Part shown: piece by piece, positions 18,632-29,598 of the stretch | How positions within the stretch are numbered: position 1 is the stretch's first letter | How the letters are laid out: every line of letters begins with the position of its first letter | Source of the DNA: Nostoc sp. DedSLP01 | GTDB lineage: Bacteria; Cyanobacteriota; Cyanobacteriia; Cyanobacteriales; Nostocaceae | Assembly (NCBI GenBank): GCA_034530875.2 | Contig: JAVRCJ020000002.1 | Location: 288,001-352,000, forward strand | Reading direction: 5' to 3' | DNA length: 64,000 nucleotides | Notes under the pieces: generated by a model | The model's database searches: none | Told to the model about the DNA's origin: nothing | The model's input: only the letters and a program-made list of their open reading frames with translations | Translations under genes and position numbers: made by a program

Positions 18632-21094
18632 TTAACTTCTCAGGTTGACGCCGAATTTTTCCACTAAGGCTTCGCGGACTTTATTGTGTACTGGTTCGAC
18701 TTCTGCTTCGGTGAGGGTACGATCGCTTGCCCGATAAATTAGGCGGAATGCTAGACTCCGCTGACCTTCGGGGACGTTTTCGCCTCGATATTCATCAAAC
18801 AATTCCACTGATTCGAGTAAATCTTTGCCAGCTTTATTAATTGCTTTTTCCAGTTCGGCAACTGAGACTTTTACAGGTGCGAAAAAGGCAATGTCGCGAT
18901 CGCTTGCTGGGTAGGTGGAATAAGGATGAAATGTCGGATTTAGAGTTTCGTCTTCTTCTAAAGAGTTTAAAAGTACATCTAAATCTAATTGGAAAACGTA
19001 GGCTGAATCTGGTAAGCCTTTTTCTCGTCGCAGTTGGGGATGAATTTGTCCAAAAATACCCAGTCTATTACCTCTAATCCATAAGGAAGCGGTGCGTCCT
19101 GGATGCAAGCGTTCGTCTCGGCAGTCGGGTTGATATTCTACTTGCAAGCCGAGTTGACGAAATACACTTTCTAAAATGCCTTTGGCTTCAAACCAAGTCA
19201 AGGGTTGTTCTCGACCGCCTTTTGACCATTTACCAATAAAGCGATCGCCTCCCATAATCCCAGCCAGGGCTTCTATTTCTCGCAAGCCGTCTTCTTCTTG
19301 CCAGAAAATTTGCCCGATTTCAAAGCCGTTGAGAGCGCCGTTACCCTGCTCTATATTATATTGATAGGCGTCAATTAACCCAGATATTAAATCGGTTCGC
19401 AGGGCTGAATATTCAACAAATAATGGATTTGTTAATACTATTTGTCTGTCTTCTCCCGGTTTAACTAAAGAATAATGAATTAATTCTGTTAAACCTTCTG
19501 CCCGCAGAAAAGCTCTTAATTTGCGAATCAATTCCTGGTCTAAAGGGAGATAACCTGCTTCGGCTTTGTCTGGTAAGGTATCGCAAAATCTGTTGTAACC
19601 ATACAAACGAGCAATCTCTTCAATTAAGTCGATTTCCCGTTCTAAGTCGCGGTAACGATAGGGCGGTACAGTAACAGACCATGTAGTTTGCGATGTATTG
19701 TCTTGTCCTGAGACATTGCCCAAAGGAGCCAACTGACATCCTAATGCAGTCAGAACCCTTTCAACATCTTGTTCTTGGAGTTCTGCTGTGTCTTCTCCCA
19801 AGTCGATTGGCCCTAGTACCTGATTTACTCTCTCTAAACGCAGGGCAATGGAACGACTCCAGGTAGATGGGTCGGGGCGAGTGTCGGCAATTTCTTGCTG
19901 AGTAATAACTCCACTAGCTAATTCGCTAATTAATGACAAGGCGCGGCGATTGGCAACTTCCAATTCGGCGCGGTTAACTCCTCTTTCGTATCTTCCAGAG
20001 GCTTCACTTCTTAAGCCAACACTGCGAGAAGAACGGCGAATTGCCACGGAATCAAATAAAGCAGCTTCTAAAACTAGGCTTTGGGTACCTTCGTAGACTT
20101 CGGTTTCTTCTCCACCCATGACTCCCGCCAGGGCAACGGGTTTGTCGTTGGCGGTAATTAATAAATTTTGCGATGCTAAAGTGCGAGTTTGTCCATCTAG
20201 GGTTTTTAAGGATTCTCCAGAACTGGCGAAGCGGACGCCGATGGTTAAACTTTCGCTGCTTGCAACTGATTTTAGGCGATCGCGATCGAATGCGTGCAAT
20301 GGTTGTCCCCATTCCAATAACACGTAGTTAGTAATGTCCACCACATTATTAATTGGACGTACCCCCGCAGCCCGCAAACGCTGTTGCAACCAATCAGGAG
20401 ATGGGGCAATTTTAATTTCTTCGATGACTGTACCAATGTAAGCAGGGCAAGCTTGGGTATCGGCAATTTTTAAAGCTAAATTTCCTGTATTTTTGGCAAT
20501 TGACACTTCACTGGGTACGGGAATGCTCAGTTTTCCCCCAGTTAAAGCTGCAACTTCCCGTGCAACACCTACCATACTCAAAGCATCAGCGCGATTAGCT
20601 GTTGCTGTGAGGTCTAAAATTACATCATCTAAACCCAATAAAGGACGGACATCGCTACCCAAGGTTAAATTTTCTTGGGGAAAAATATGAATTCCGTCTA
20701 CATCAGCGGGCAAACCGAGTTCTTTTAAAGAACAAATCATGCCTTGAGAAGGGACGCCGCGCAGTTTTGCAGGTTTAATTTTTAAATCGATGTTGGGTAA
20801 GTAAGTTCCCGTAGTTGCCACTGGAACATATATGTCTGCCTTGACATTAGGAGCGCCACAGACAATATTTAAAGTTTCACCTGTGCCAATATCTACTTGG
20901 CAAACACTTAATTTATCAGCATTGGGGTGTGGTTGACGTTCAAGCACTCTCCCGACAACTACGCCATTTGCCCAAGTGCGGCGATCTTCAATATCTTCTA
21001 CTTCAAACCCTGCCATTGTCAGGGTTTCGGCTAATTCTTCCGGGCTAAGTTTTATCTCTACTAGTTCGCGCAGCCAGTTTAAAGAAATACGCAT
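18632..21094 (-). CDS. pheT: Phenylalanine-tRNA ligase beta subunit
   Basis: [36 protein letters not shown]3/B4 and B5 regions, C-terminal FDX-ACB (RDIAF...[15 protein letters not shown]). Confidence 0.98.
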   Translation of the reverse strand: MRISLNWLRELVEIKLSPEELAETLTMAGFEVEDIEDRRTWANGVVVGRVLERQPHPNADKLSVCQVDIGTGETLNIVCGAPNVKADIYVPVATTGTYLPNIDLKIKPAKLRGVPSQGMICSLKELGLPADVDGIHIFPQENLTLGSDVRPLLGLDDVILDLTATANRADALSMVGVAREVAALTGGKLSIPVPSEVSIAKNTGNLALKIADTQACPAYIGTVIEEIKIAPSPDWLQQRLRAAGVRPINNVVDITNYVLLEWGQPLHAFDRDRLKSVASSESLTIGVRFASSGESLKTLDGQTRTLASQNLLITANDKPVALAGVMGGEETEVYEGTQSLVLEAALFDSVAIRRSSRSVGLRSEASGRYERGVNRAELEVANRRALSLISELASGVITQQEIADTRPDPSTWSRSIALRLERVNQVLGPIDLGEDTAELQEQDVERVLTALGCQLAPLGNVSGQDNTSQTTWSVTVPPYRYRDLEREIDLIEEIARLYGYNRFCDTLPDKAEAGYLPLDQELIRKLRAFLRAEGLTELIHYSLVKPGEDRQIVLTNPLFVEYSALRTDLISGLIDAYQYNIEQGNGALNGFEIGQIFWQEEDGLREIEALAGIMGGDRFIGKWSKGGREQPLTWFEAKGILESVFRQLGLQVEYQPDCRDERLHPGRTASLWIRGNRLGIFGQIHPQLRREKGLPDSAYVFQLDLDVLLNSLEEDETLNPTFHPYSTYPASDRDIAFFAPVKVSVAELEKAINKAGKDLLESVELFDEYRGENVPEGQRSLAFRLIYRASDRTLTEAEVEPVHNKVREALVEKFGVNLRS

Positions 21095-21386
21095 GGAGTG
21101 TGCTGGTTTTAGGAATCGTCTTTTGCTCTCATTTTAGAGTGTCTGTTAGCGAGCGATCGCTATTCACTCTGCAAGTCATAGCTTTTCACTTGAACAATCG
21201 TACTATGTTGGACTAACATAGCAATCCGTTTCCCAAATCTTTATCTTGGCATTTTGACTATTCGCTTCAAAAGGAAACTTTTACGAGGCTTAACTACTCA
21301 TTAGTGGAGTTCAACTACTAATTTATGAAACTTACAGCAGCTTTGAGGTAATTAAATCATAAGTTAGGGACTTTACAGCTGTCATG

Positions 21387-21527
21387 GGTATCAACTTAAC
21401 GTCAAGATCGGCGTTACCCCACCCCGGTTTTGTCTAAAGCCAAAACCGCCCCTCCCCTTGCCAAGGGGAGGGGTTGGGGGTGGGGTGAAACGTTTGTGGG
21501 ATAAGTGTTTGAGCTTAAGTTAATACC
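21387..21527. mobile_element. MITE-like element with nested GC-rich hairpins
   Basis: Terminal inverted repeats GGTATCAACTTAA / TTAAGTTAATACC (12/13); inner CCCCACCCC...GGGGTGGGG arms enclose two smaller stems. Confidence 0.65.
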
Positions 21528-21677
21528 AGATACCAATGCATATCTGTGCGCCTCTACAAGGGATTATGGTTCAAGTTGATTTAACTAGCAATAGAGATAA
21601 ATTGCGGAAATGGTCTTTGAGAATTTGGATCTATCAAAGCTATAGAGTTTAAAAGATTCAGTTCCCAGGAGTTAATC

Positions 21678-22343
21678 GTGGAAGTCAAATATAACGAACT
21701 AAAAAAATGGATTTTACGTCCAATGATGATGGGTTTGCTAGTAGCAGGGACAATCGCCAGCAAGGCAGAGATTAATTTTTCTTTGGCAAACCCAGCAATG
21801 GCTGCACAAGTTGTTTCATTAGAAAAGTCTACTCCCCAACCTGCACGAAAAGAGCATGGTATTTATCAGAGCGATCGCTTTCGTTTTCAATTTAGCTACT
21901 CCCTGCAAGATTTTGTCATAGATAACAAAATAACTACTCCCAACAATAATGTTAATTCTCCATTAGCTACTGTTGATATTTGGACTCACAAACACGCCCA
22001 GAAAATTCGCGCTGGAGAATATGAAGGTGGTACAGAATACCCAGCTAATGTTCGTGTATCTGTATATAAGAATCCTGCTAGATTAAATTTGCAGAAGTGG
22101 GTTAAGCAGAGTAATGATTTTTCTCTACCCCGTGAATTCAAAACTGCAAAAATTGCAGGGCAAAGTGGGTTTAAATTTAAATCTAGTGGCTTATATGAAA
22201 ACGAACACGTAGCTTTTATTAGCCCTAAAGACTCTCGAATTATTGTTGTCACAATATCTAAAACTGGTTATGGCAACAATGATGCTATTTACGAGAGAGC
22301 ATATCAGCAGGTAGTGAACTCTTTCACTTTTTTAAATAGATAG
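21678..22343 (+). CDS. Hypothetical exported protein
   Basis: Signal-peptide-like N-terminus (…NPAMAA); 221 aa. Confidence 0.65.
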   Translation: MEVKYNELKKWILRPMMMGLLVAGTIASKAEINFSLANPAMAAQVVSLEKSTPQPARKEHGIYQSDRFRFQFSYSLQDFVIDNKITTPNNNVNSPLATVDIWTHKHAQKIRAGEYEGGTEYPANVRVSVYKNPARLNLQKWVKQSNDFSLPREFKTAKIAGQSGFKFKSSGLYENEHVAFISPKDSRIIVVTISKTGYGNNDAIYERAYQQVVNSFTFLNR

Positions 22344-22495
22344 CAAAACGGGCGGTTAGAAACCGCGTCTACACAAACAAAACCCACCTGCGTGGGTTTC
22401 AAGACCTTTATTAGTTTTTTATCAAAATATGTTTAATTAAACGTAAGAAAATTGTAAATTATATATATACATTTTAGCCAATAATTTCAGAAATA

Positions 22496-23812
22496 ATGCT
22501 GAGTAATATTGACATCAACAATGAAATTAACGTAAATGATATTAGCGATAAAATATATCATTTCATTTCAGAACTGTATCCTATTTGTCGTAGTATTACT
22601 GGCGAAGGATTACGCAAAACGCTGCATCTTATTCAGCAACATATTCCTTTAGATATACATAATATCCCCACTGGGACTGAAGTATTTGATTGGACTATTC
22701 CTAAAGAATGGAATATCAAAGATGCCTTTGTTAAAAACTCACAAGGTCAAAAGATTATAGATTTTTATAAATCTAATCTCCATATACTTAATTATAGTAT
22801 CAATATTCATGAAAAGATGTCATTACAGGATTTAAAGGCACATCTTTTTACACTACCCGATCGCCCTGATTGGATTCCTTATAGAACTTCTTACTACAAA
22901 GAGAACTGGGGCTTTTGTCTCAGCCATAATCAATTCTTGGAATTGAAAGATGAAGAATATGAAGTTTGCATTGATTCTTCTTTAGAAGATGGGTATTTAA
23001 GTTACGGCGAGTATTACATTAAAGGTGAAAAAACAGATGAAATTCTGATTTCATGTCACACCTGTCACCCATCGCTTTGTAATGACAATCTCTCAGGTAT
23101 AGCATTGGCAACCTTTTTAGCCAAACATCTCAGCCAAATTTCACTTTCTTACTCTTATCGTTTTCTCTTTATTCCTGGAACCATTGGTTCTATTACTTGG
23201 CTAGCTTTAAATGAAGCAAATGTTGACAAAATTAAACATGGTTTAGTTCTAAGCTGTGTGGGAGATCGGGGAAAATGTCACTACAAAAAAAGCCGTCGCG
23301 GTAATGCAGAAATTGATAAAGCTGTTACTCATGTACTGAAGAATTCCGGAGAAAATTATGAAATTATGGAGTTCTCTCCTTATGGCTATGATGAACGGCA
23401 ATTTTGTTCGCCAGGGTTTAATCTTCCTGTAGGTTGCTTCATGCGATCGCCTCATGGTACTTTTCCTCAATATCACACATCGGCAGATAATTTAGAACTA
23501 GTACAACCCCAATATCTTGCAGATTCTTTTTCAAAAGTTTTGTCGGTTTTAGATGTTATAGAAAATAATAAAAAATACTTAAATCAAAACCCTAAATGCG
23601 AACCACAGTTAGGTAGGCGAGGATTATACGGCGCAATGGGCGGACTGACTAATCCTAAAAAAAGTGAAATTGCTATGTTGTGGATTTTAAACTTATCTGA
23701 TGGTAACCATACTCTATTAGATATTTCGGAAAAATCAGGCATAGAGTTTGACGTCATTAAGACAACAGCAAATACATTGTTGCAGTTCAATTTATTGAAA
23801 GAATGTGAATAA
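22496..23812 (+). CDS. DUF4910 aminopeptidase-like protein with C-terminal winged helix (polysaccharide-cluster associated)
   Basis: LYPICRSITGEG.R.TL, DWTIPKEWNI, PYRTSYY, CHPSLCNDNLSG, GYDERQFCSPG, YHTSADN, CEPQLGRRGLY. Confidence 0.88.
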   Translation: MLSNIDINNEINVNDISDKIYHFISELYPICRSITGEGLRKTLHLIQQHIPLDIHNIPTGTEVFDWTIPKEWNIKDAFVKNSQGQKIIDFYKSNLHILNYSINIHEKMSLQDLKAHLFTLPDRPDWIPYRTSYYKENWGFCLSHNQFLELKDEEYEVCIDSSLEDGYLSYGEYYIKGEKTDEILISCHTCHPSLCNDNLSGIALATFLAKHLSQISLSYSYRFLFIPGTIGSITWLALNEANVDKIKHGLVLSCVGDRGKCHYKKSRRGNAEIDKAVTHVLKNSGENYEIMEFSPYGYDERQFCSPGFNLPVGCFMRSPHGTFPQYHTSADNLELVQPQYLADSFSKVLSVLDVIENNKKYLNQNPKCEPQLGRRGLYGAMGGLTNPKKSEIAMLWILNLSDGNHTLLDISEKSGIEFDVIKTTANTLLQFNLLKECE

Positions 23813-23843
23813 TAAAAAAAGCAATAGGCAGAAAGCTTTTGAG

Positions 23844-24497
23844 CTAAAAAACTATTTTGCGGCAATAAAAAGCTTCTGCATATTGATCGGGTGAATTAGA
23901 TTCAATTCCTCTCAGTCTGAGAATTGACAAAAATGTTTTTTCTGTAAACCATTGTTTATTTTTTTGCGACTCAAAGCTGTCAATAATATATTGAATTTTA
24001 TTTTGACAAATTTCCTCATTTAAAGGAACAAAGAAATTAGGATTTCCTAAATCGCCATCATATTTAGGTATTTCATACTCTAGAATTAAATGATTTCTAA
24101 ATGTATTCCAAGTAAATTCTGAAATCAAGCGATGGTCTTGATGCAAATCTTGGCGATAATGGGTAAAAATTAAATCGGGGCTATATTCTCGTTTTAATTG
24201 TTCAAAAAATTGTTTAATTTCAATTCCAATGAAAGGAAAAAAGCCGTCTTGAAATTGTTTGATTTCTATATTTTTAACATTTGCTTTTTTGAGGAAGGAA
24301 TTAGCACTTTTATAGGCTTCCTCTTCTCTTTGTAAATTTGAACTAAATACAACCCAATAAAATATAATATTGGGATATGTTTTTATTAATTTTAATATCG
24401 TGCCTCCGCAACCAATTTCTATATCATCACAATGCGCTCCTAAACATAAAACTTTATACTCAAAGTTTTTTTCTCCATCAAAAGTGAATTTAAGCAT
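23844..24497 (-). CDS. PIG-L family deacetylase
   Basis: GAHCDDIEIGCGG (HxDD) and HQDH motifs. Confidence 0.9.
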   Translation of the reverse strand: MLKFTFDGEKNFEYKVLCLGAHCDDIEIGCGGTILKLIKTYPNIIFYWVVFSSNLQREEEAYKSANSFLKKANVKNIEIKQFQDGFFPFIGIEIKQFFEQLKREYSPDLIFTHYRQDLHQDHRLISEFTWNTFRNHLILEYEIPKYDGDLGNPNFFVPLNEEICQNKIQYIIDSFESQKNKQWFTEKTFLSILRLRGIESNSPDQYAEAFYCRKIVF

Positions 24498-24601
24498 ATT
24501 GATAATTTTTTAAGTTTAAAAATACTTATTTGAAAATATTGCTTCAAAGATGAATTATAGTAGATATCTAATTAGATATCTACAGTAAAAGAAATTGGTA
24601 G

Positions 24602-25462
24602 TTATCCTTGAACTAAACTTGCTGGTAAAAAATCATTAGTAAACTGACTAACTCGGCTATATTCCACAGATTTTGACTTCCTTTCAATTAGGTTCCATGC
24701 TGCCCAAGGTGCGTTACCTTGGCAATACATATCATCTAATTGTTGCTGTTCTTTGAAAGTATCCATGCACGCCCAAAAGCCGTTATATTTATAGGCTACT
24801 AATTGTTGGATTTGAATTAGCCTTTGAAATGGTTCAAGTACTAATTCTTCTCCAGCTTCAATGTATTTATAAATATCTTTTCTAAATACAAAGAAGCCGC
24901 CATTTATTCTAATGCCAGCTTGCTGAACGCTTTGGATATCATTTACTAAACCATTTTCTTGTGTTGAAACTAAATGGAAACTTTGCGATGGCTTTACACA
25001 CAGAAAACTGGCTATTTTGTTATGTCTGTAAAAGTCATCAATTAAATCAGGTAGATATAAATCTGTTAAACCATCGCTATAATTAGCTAAAAAGACTTCT
25101 TCGCCTTCTAAGTATTTTTCAACTGCTTTGAATCTTTGCCCAATATTTGAATTTAACCCTGTATCAACAAAAGTAATATTCCAATCTTCAATATCGCTAT
25201 TGACGAGTTGAATTTTTCTGCCTCCCTCCTGCAAAGTAAAATCATTGGAAACACATTCGTCATAATGGAGAAAATAATTTTTGATGACATCTGCTTTATA
25301 ACCAAGGCACAAAATAAAATCTTTGTGTCCATAGTGAGCATAGTATTTCATCACATGCCACAGTATTGGCCTGTAGCCAATATGAACCATTGGCTTAGGA
25401 ACATTTGTAGACAATTCTCTTAATCTTGTTCCTAAACCGCCGCAAAATAAAACTACTTTCAT
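24602..25462 (-). CDS. Glucose-1-phosphate cytidylyltransferase-like nucleotidyltransferase
   Basis: MKVVLFCGGLGTRL...PKPMV.IG..PILWH, INGGFF, GFWACMDT; divergent RfbF type. Confidence 0.85.
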   Translation of the reverse strand: MKVVLFCGGLGTRLRELSTNVPKPMVHIGYRPILWHVMKYYAHYGHKDFILCLGYKADVIKNYFLHYDECVSNDFTLQEGGRKIQLVNSDIEDWNITFVDTGLNSNIGQRFKAVEKYLEGEEVFLANYSDGLTDLYLPDLIDDFYRHNKIASFLCVKPSQSFHLVSTQENGLVNDIQSVQQAGIRINGGFFVFRKDIYKYIEAGEELVLEPFQRLIQIQQLVAYKYNGFWACMDTFKEQQQLDDMYCQGNAPWAAWNLIERKSKSVEYSRVSQFTNDFLPASLVQG

Positions 25463-25657
25463 GGTAATTTCCTTTGGCATTAATAAATTAGATTAGACTT
25501 CTTGCAAAAGTGAGAAAAATCTAAGGAATAAAGGGTAGAGAGAAAGGGAAGACTTTTTTATTATCATTTCTCCCTTTGTATTGATTGCTTTTCGCTTTAC
25601 CCACTCTTGCAAAAATAGTTTTGCAAGAAATCTATTAGGTTTGAGTTACTTTGTTAC

Positions 25658-26938
25658 TCAAGGATAGATATTGACTTCTGGAATAGGCACAACAAATTTA
25701 CCGCCCCAGTTACGTATATACGACATCTGGGAGATAATTTCATTTTTCAAATTCCAAGGTAAAATCAACAGATAATCTGGCTTCGTTTCTGGAATTTTGT
25801 CTGGATGAAAGATGGGGATATGAGTTCCAGGTAAAAATTTACCTTGTTTAAATGGATTTCGGTCTACAGTATAATCAAGAAAATCTTCTCTAATTCCACA
25901 ATAATTTAAAAGAGTGTTACCTTTACCGGGCGCACCGTAACCGACAATTGATTTTCCTTGGCGTTTAGCTGCAATTAAAAATTCTAAAAGTTCAAACTTG
26001 GTTTTCTTGACCTTTTCACCAAAGGAAAAATAACTTTCTAACTTAAGAAATCCAGCCGTTTCTTCCTGGCTTCTTAAATCTTTGACTTTCTGGCTGATAG
26101 ATTTAGAATTATCTTCTACATGGGCAGCATAAATTCTCAACGAACCACCATGAGTTGACAGTTCTTCTACATCAAAAATAGTTAAATTGTGAGCAGCAAA
26201 AACTTTCTCTACTGCAACTAATGACAAGTAAGAGAAATGCTCGTGATAGATAGTATCAAACTGGTTTCCCTCAATTAGTCGCATTAAATGAGGAAACTCC
26301 ATAGTAATGACACCTTCAGGCTTAAGTAAAATTTTACAGCCTGCGACAAAATCGTTGATATCGGGTACGTGAGCAAGCACGTTATTTCCTATTAATAAAT
26401 CTGCTTGCTTGCCATTAGCAACTAATTCATTTGCTGTGTTTTGTCCAAAGAACTTGATAACTGTGGGGACGCCTTTGGCGATCGCTACTTCAGCAACATT
26501 AGCTGCTGGTTCTATACCCAGGACAGGTATTTCTTTTGATACAAAGTATTGCAACAGGTAACCATCGTTACTAGCTATCTCTACCACTAGGCTTGAAGAG
26601 TTCAGCCCCAAGCGTTTTGTGACTTGTTCAGTATAATTTTTAGCATGTTGTAGCCACGAATCAGAGTAAGAGGAAAAATAGGCGTAGTGGCTGAAGATAT
26701 CTTGCGGGCTTACATATTCCTGGAGTTGAACTAAAAAACAGCGATCGCACACGTACACATGTAGTGGATAAAAGGGTTCCATTTGGTTTAGCTGTTCAAC
26801 CGTCACGTAACTTTCACAAAGCGGCGACATTCCCAAATCCACAAAAGTATGCTTTAACGTTGTTCCACAGAACCGACAGCCACAACGATTTACACTCCCA
26901 CCATTTTGTACAGACTCTTGCAAAGTTGTCGTAATCAT
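25658..26938 (-). CDS. NDP-hexose C-methyltransferase (Zn-binding N-terminus, class I SAM)
   Basis: CRFCG...DLGMSP...C..C.LVQL, EIASNDG, YHEH.SY, HGGSLR, GYGAPGKG, LILPWN. Confidence 0.9.
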   Translation of the reverse strand: MITTTLQESVQNGGSVNRCGCRFCGTTLKHTFVDLGMSPLCESYVTVEQLNQMEPFYPLHVYVCDRCFLVQLQEYVSPQDIFSHYAYFSSYSDSWLQHAKNYTEQVTKRLGLNSSSLVVEIASNDGYLLQYFVSKEIPVLGIEPAANVAEVAIAKGVPTVIKFFGQNTANELVANGKQADLLIGNNVLAHVPDINDFVAGCKILLKPEGVITMEFPHLMRLIEGNQFDTIYHEHFSYLSLVAVEKVFAAHNLTIFDVEELSTHGGSLRIYAAHVEDNSKSISQKVKDLRSQEETAGFLKLESYFSFGEKVKKTKFELLEFLIAAKRQGKSIVGYGAPGKGNTLLNYCGIREDFLDYTVDRNPFKQGKFLPGTHIPIFHPDKIPETKPDYLLILPWNLKNEIISQMSYIRNWGGKFVVPIPEVNIYP

Positions 26939-27059
26939 TTGTTAGTTCTCACACTTTTATATGCAACCTGATAGAGGCAGAACCCTTATACCAAATCTCC
27001 AAAATTGAGTAACAAATCCTTTCCTCAAAAACCTTTTGATATCTGGGTTTCCTAATTTT

Positions 27060-27112
27060 GTTAGCGCAGCGTTAGCGAGTCCGCGTTCGCGCAGCGTCTC
27101 GTAGAGAGCGTC
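27060..27112. repeat. Small dispersed repeat(s), probably nested
   Basis: GC-rich GTTAGCGCAGCGTTAGCGAGT-CCGCGTTCGCGCAGCGTCTCGTAGAGA-GCGTC inside an AT-rich intergenic region. Confidence 0.5.
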
Positions 27113-27116
27113 ATTT

Positions 27117-27701
27117 TTAATTTTGAATTGTTATTACGCCTAGTTGGGCGTGGGTAGGCTCTAAAACAGATTCAAACAAAGGCCAGCAAGTATCTTTTTC
27201 AGAAATTTCGCTCACAGGTAAAGGCCATTCAATCCCAAAAGCCGGATCGTTATAGGGCAAGCCATACTGGTAATCTGGTGCATAAAATTCACTCATCTGA
27301 TACACAACTTCAGCTTCATCAGTTAGCGTCTGATAACCATGAGCGAACATTTCAGGCACGTATAAAGCTCTACGGTTTTGAGCTGTTAATTCAACACCAA
27401 TATGTAACTTGTATGTAGGAGATTCAGGACGCAAGTCAATGATGACATCATAGATAGCGCCATGAGTACAGCGAACCAACTTGACCTCGGTTGCTGGAGC
27501 AACCTGATAATGCATACCCCGGAGAGTACCTTTTTTGTGGTTGAAAGCTAGATTGCATTGAGCAATTGTTGGTTTTAAACCGCGATCTGAAAATTCATCA
27601 GCGCAGAAAGTACGAGCAAAAAAGCCGCGAGTATCTTGGCGTTGCTCTATATCAATAATGAATGCGCCTTTGAGTGTAGTTTCTGTGAATAGCATGGCCA
27701 A
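27117..27701 (-). CDS. rfbC: dTDP-4-dehydrorhamnose 3,5-epimerase family (RmlC)
   Basis: DTRGFFAR, GTLRGMHYQ, KLVRC..GAIYDVIIDLR, FAHGYQTL, ISEKD. Confidence 0.88.
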   Translation of the reverse strand: MAMLFTETTLKGAFIIDIEQRQDTRGFFARTFCADEFSDRGLKPTIAQCNLAFNHKKGTLRGMHYQVAPATEVKLVRCTHGAIYDVIIDLRPESPTYKLHIGVELTAQNRRALYVPEMFAHGYQTLTDEAEVVYQMSEFYAPDYQYGLPYNDPAFGIEWPLPVSEISEKDTCWPLFESVLEPTHAQLGVITIQN

Positions 27702-27943
27702 AACTACGGTGTAGGGTGTGGGGTGTAATACCGTTTCACTTTAAGGTTGATACATTTAGGCAAGCAGAGGAGGCAGAGGAAGAAACAAAAATGATTTGTA
27801 TCAAGAATTGAGTGAAATGGTCTAAGGGGAAAGAGAAAAATGTACGCCCTGGCCTAAAATCAATAGGATTTAATCTGTCAGGAAAATCTATCTCAGGGTG
27901 GTTTTTAATTAATACTAGTTTCAAAACCCTACACCCTTCTTTT

Positions 27944-28969
27944 TTACTTATTCCAGAAGAAATCTCGATCTATTTGCTGAGTGCGAACTAGATACTCCAG
28001 CTGTTTTAAGCGAGTGAATCCTGGGAATAAAAAAGTGGATTCTGACATATCGATCGCATTAAATACATCAAATAACTGCTGGGCACCTTTAAGTGCATTC
28101 CACTCACACTTAAATCCCGGTAGTTTGCTGTTAATTTTCTCGAAAGAAACCCGATAGCTGCGGTTATCCGCACTACTCTCACCAAAAGAAAGCTGACAGC
28201 CAGTAAATACTTCAGCCACTATTTCAGCAATTTCTTTGACTCTATAGTTACTAGCAGTGTCGCCAACATTAAAAATTTGGTTGTGAATAATGTCCCGTGG
28301 GGCTTCGAGGGTACAGACAATTGCTTTACAAATGTCTAGCAGATGAACTAGCGGCCGCCAAGGAGTACCGTCGCTTGTCATCTTGATTTCTTTAGTCGTC
28401 CATGCCAGGGCAGATAAGTTGTTTAAAACAATGTCGAAGCGCATTCTGGGAGATGCGCCAAAGGCGGTAGCATTCCGCAAAAAGGTAGGAGAGAAGTTAA
28501 CGTCAGCTAATAACTTGACATCTCGCTCTACCAAAGTTTTACATTCGGCATAAGCCGTTTGGGGGTTGACAGAGGATTCCTCAGTAACGTAATCATCGCT
28601 ACCAACTCCATAGACACTGCACGAAGACGTATAGACAAAGCGACGTACACCAGCTGTTTTCGCTAATTTAGCAAGGCGAACTGAGCCTTGATGGTTGATT
28701 TCATAAGTCACATTGGGGCGTAGTTGCCCAGCTGGGTCATTGGAGAGTTCTGCTAAATGAACGACTGCCTCAACACCTGCTAAATCTTCAAGTGTGATGT
28801 GGCGGATATCTTTATTAAGAGTTTTGGCTGTGAGTTGGGTACCATTGTACAGCCAACCAACCTTGTAGAATCCCGTGTCAACGCCGATGACTTCATCACC
28901 GTGTTGCATCAAGATTGGGGCTAATAAGGAACCGATATAGCCTTCAGTTCCAGTTACCAGTATTTTCAT
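27944..28969 (-). CDS. NAD-dependent epimerase/dehydratase (extended SDR)
   Basis: ILVTGTEGYIGS, SSCSVYG, YAECK (YxxxK). Confidence 0.9.
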   Translation of the reverse strand: MKILVTGTEGYIGSLLAPILMQHGDEVIGVDTGFYKVGWLYNGTQLTAKTLNKDIRHITLEDLAGVEAVVHLAELSNDPAGQLRPNVTYEINHQGSVRLAKLAKTAGVRRFVYTSSCSVYGVGSDDYVTEESSVNPQTAYAECKTLVERDVKLLADVNFSPTFLRNATAFGASPRMRFDIVLNNLSALAWTTKEIKMTSDGTPWRPLVHLLDICKAIVCTLEAPRDIIHNQIFNVGDTASNYRVKEIAEIVAEVFTGCQLSFGESSADNRSYRVSFEKINSKLPGFKCEWNALKGAQQLFDVFNAIDMSESTFLFPGFTRLKQLEYLVRTQQIDRDFFWNK

Positions 28970-29135
28970 GGATACCAAATCCCGATAGGTAGAACTTGGT
29001 TGTGTAAAAAATCTTCCTTGACTTAGTACAAAACCATTTCCTCAAAACGAGCTACCTCGCACGAAGAACTGCTTACAAGACCGTTCTTAAGTGTGCCTAA
29101 TGTTGTGGTACTAGCACAATTTCTATGTAAATCCT

Positions 29136-29193
29136 AGTATCTAATCGGTGTGTTTGCGATCGCGTTTCGGAGAATGTATGACTTAACGTATAA
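29136..29193 (-). promoter_or_regulatory. Copy A of a 58-bp element upstream of the left operon
   Basis: Reverse complement matches 32325-32382 at 50 of 58 positions. Confidence 0.75.
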
Positions 29194-29231
29194 GTTGTAT
29201 CAGATCGGTTTAGTTTTCTTCGAGTATTAAA

Positions 29232-29267
29232 TACTTTTCTTACTTTTCTTACTTTTCTTACTTTTTT
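29232..29267. repeat. 9-bp tandem repeat (TACTTTTCT)x3 plus one degenerate copy
   Basis: Read directly in the divergent intergenic region. Confidence 0.85.
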
Positions 29268-29598
29268 ATTTATTCAAATAAAAAATTAGTTCTCTTTTGT
29301 AACCGAAATTATTATTTTTTAAGAGAATATGTGATTCCATATACATTGTATAATTGCTCTGTCTAAAAAAATAGGGAAAAGATAAAAATTAATCCTTAAG
29401 GAGGACGAAAAAGCTGAGATAAAATAATTAACTTTAATTTTTGGCCAGAAAATAATAAATGTATCAATGAAAATAACTTTGAAAATTATTCGCAACAATT
29501 GAGTTAAACATAGATCTGATTGCGATGTTAAACAAGAATAACCCTAAATTTAGAAAATACTTATTTAAGTTAATAACTGGAGATTGAAAAACTAATTT

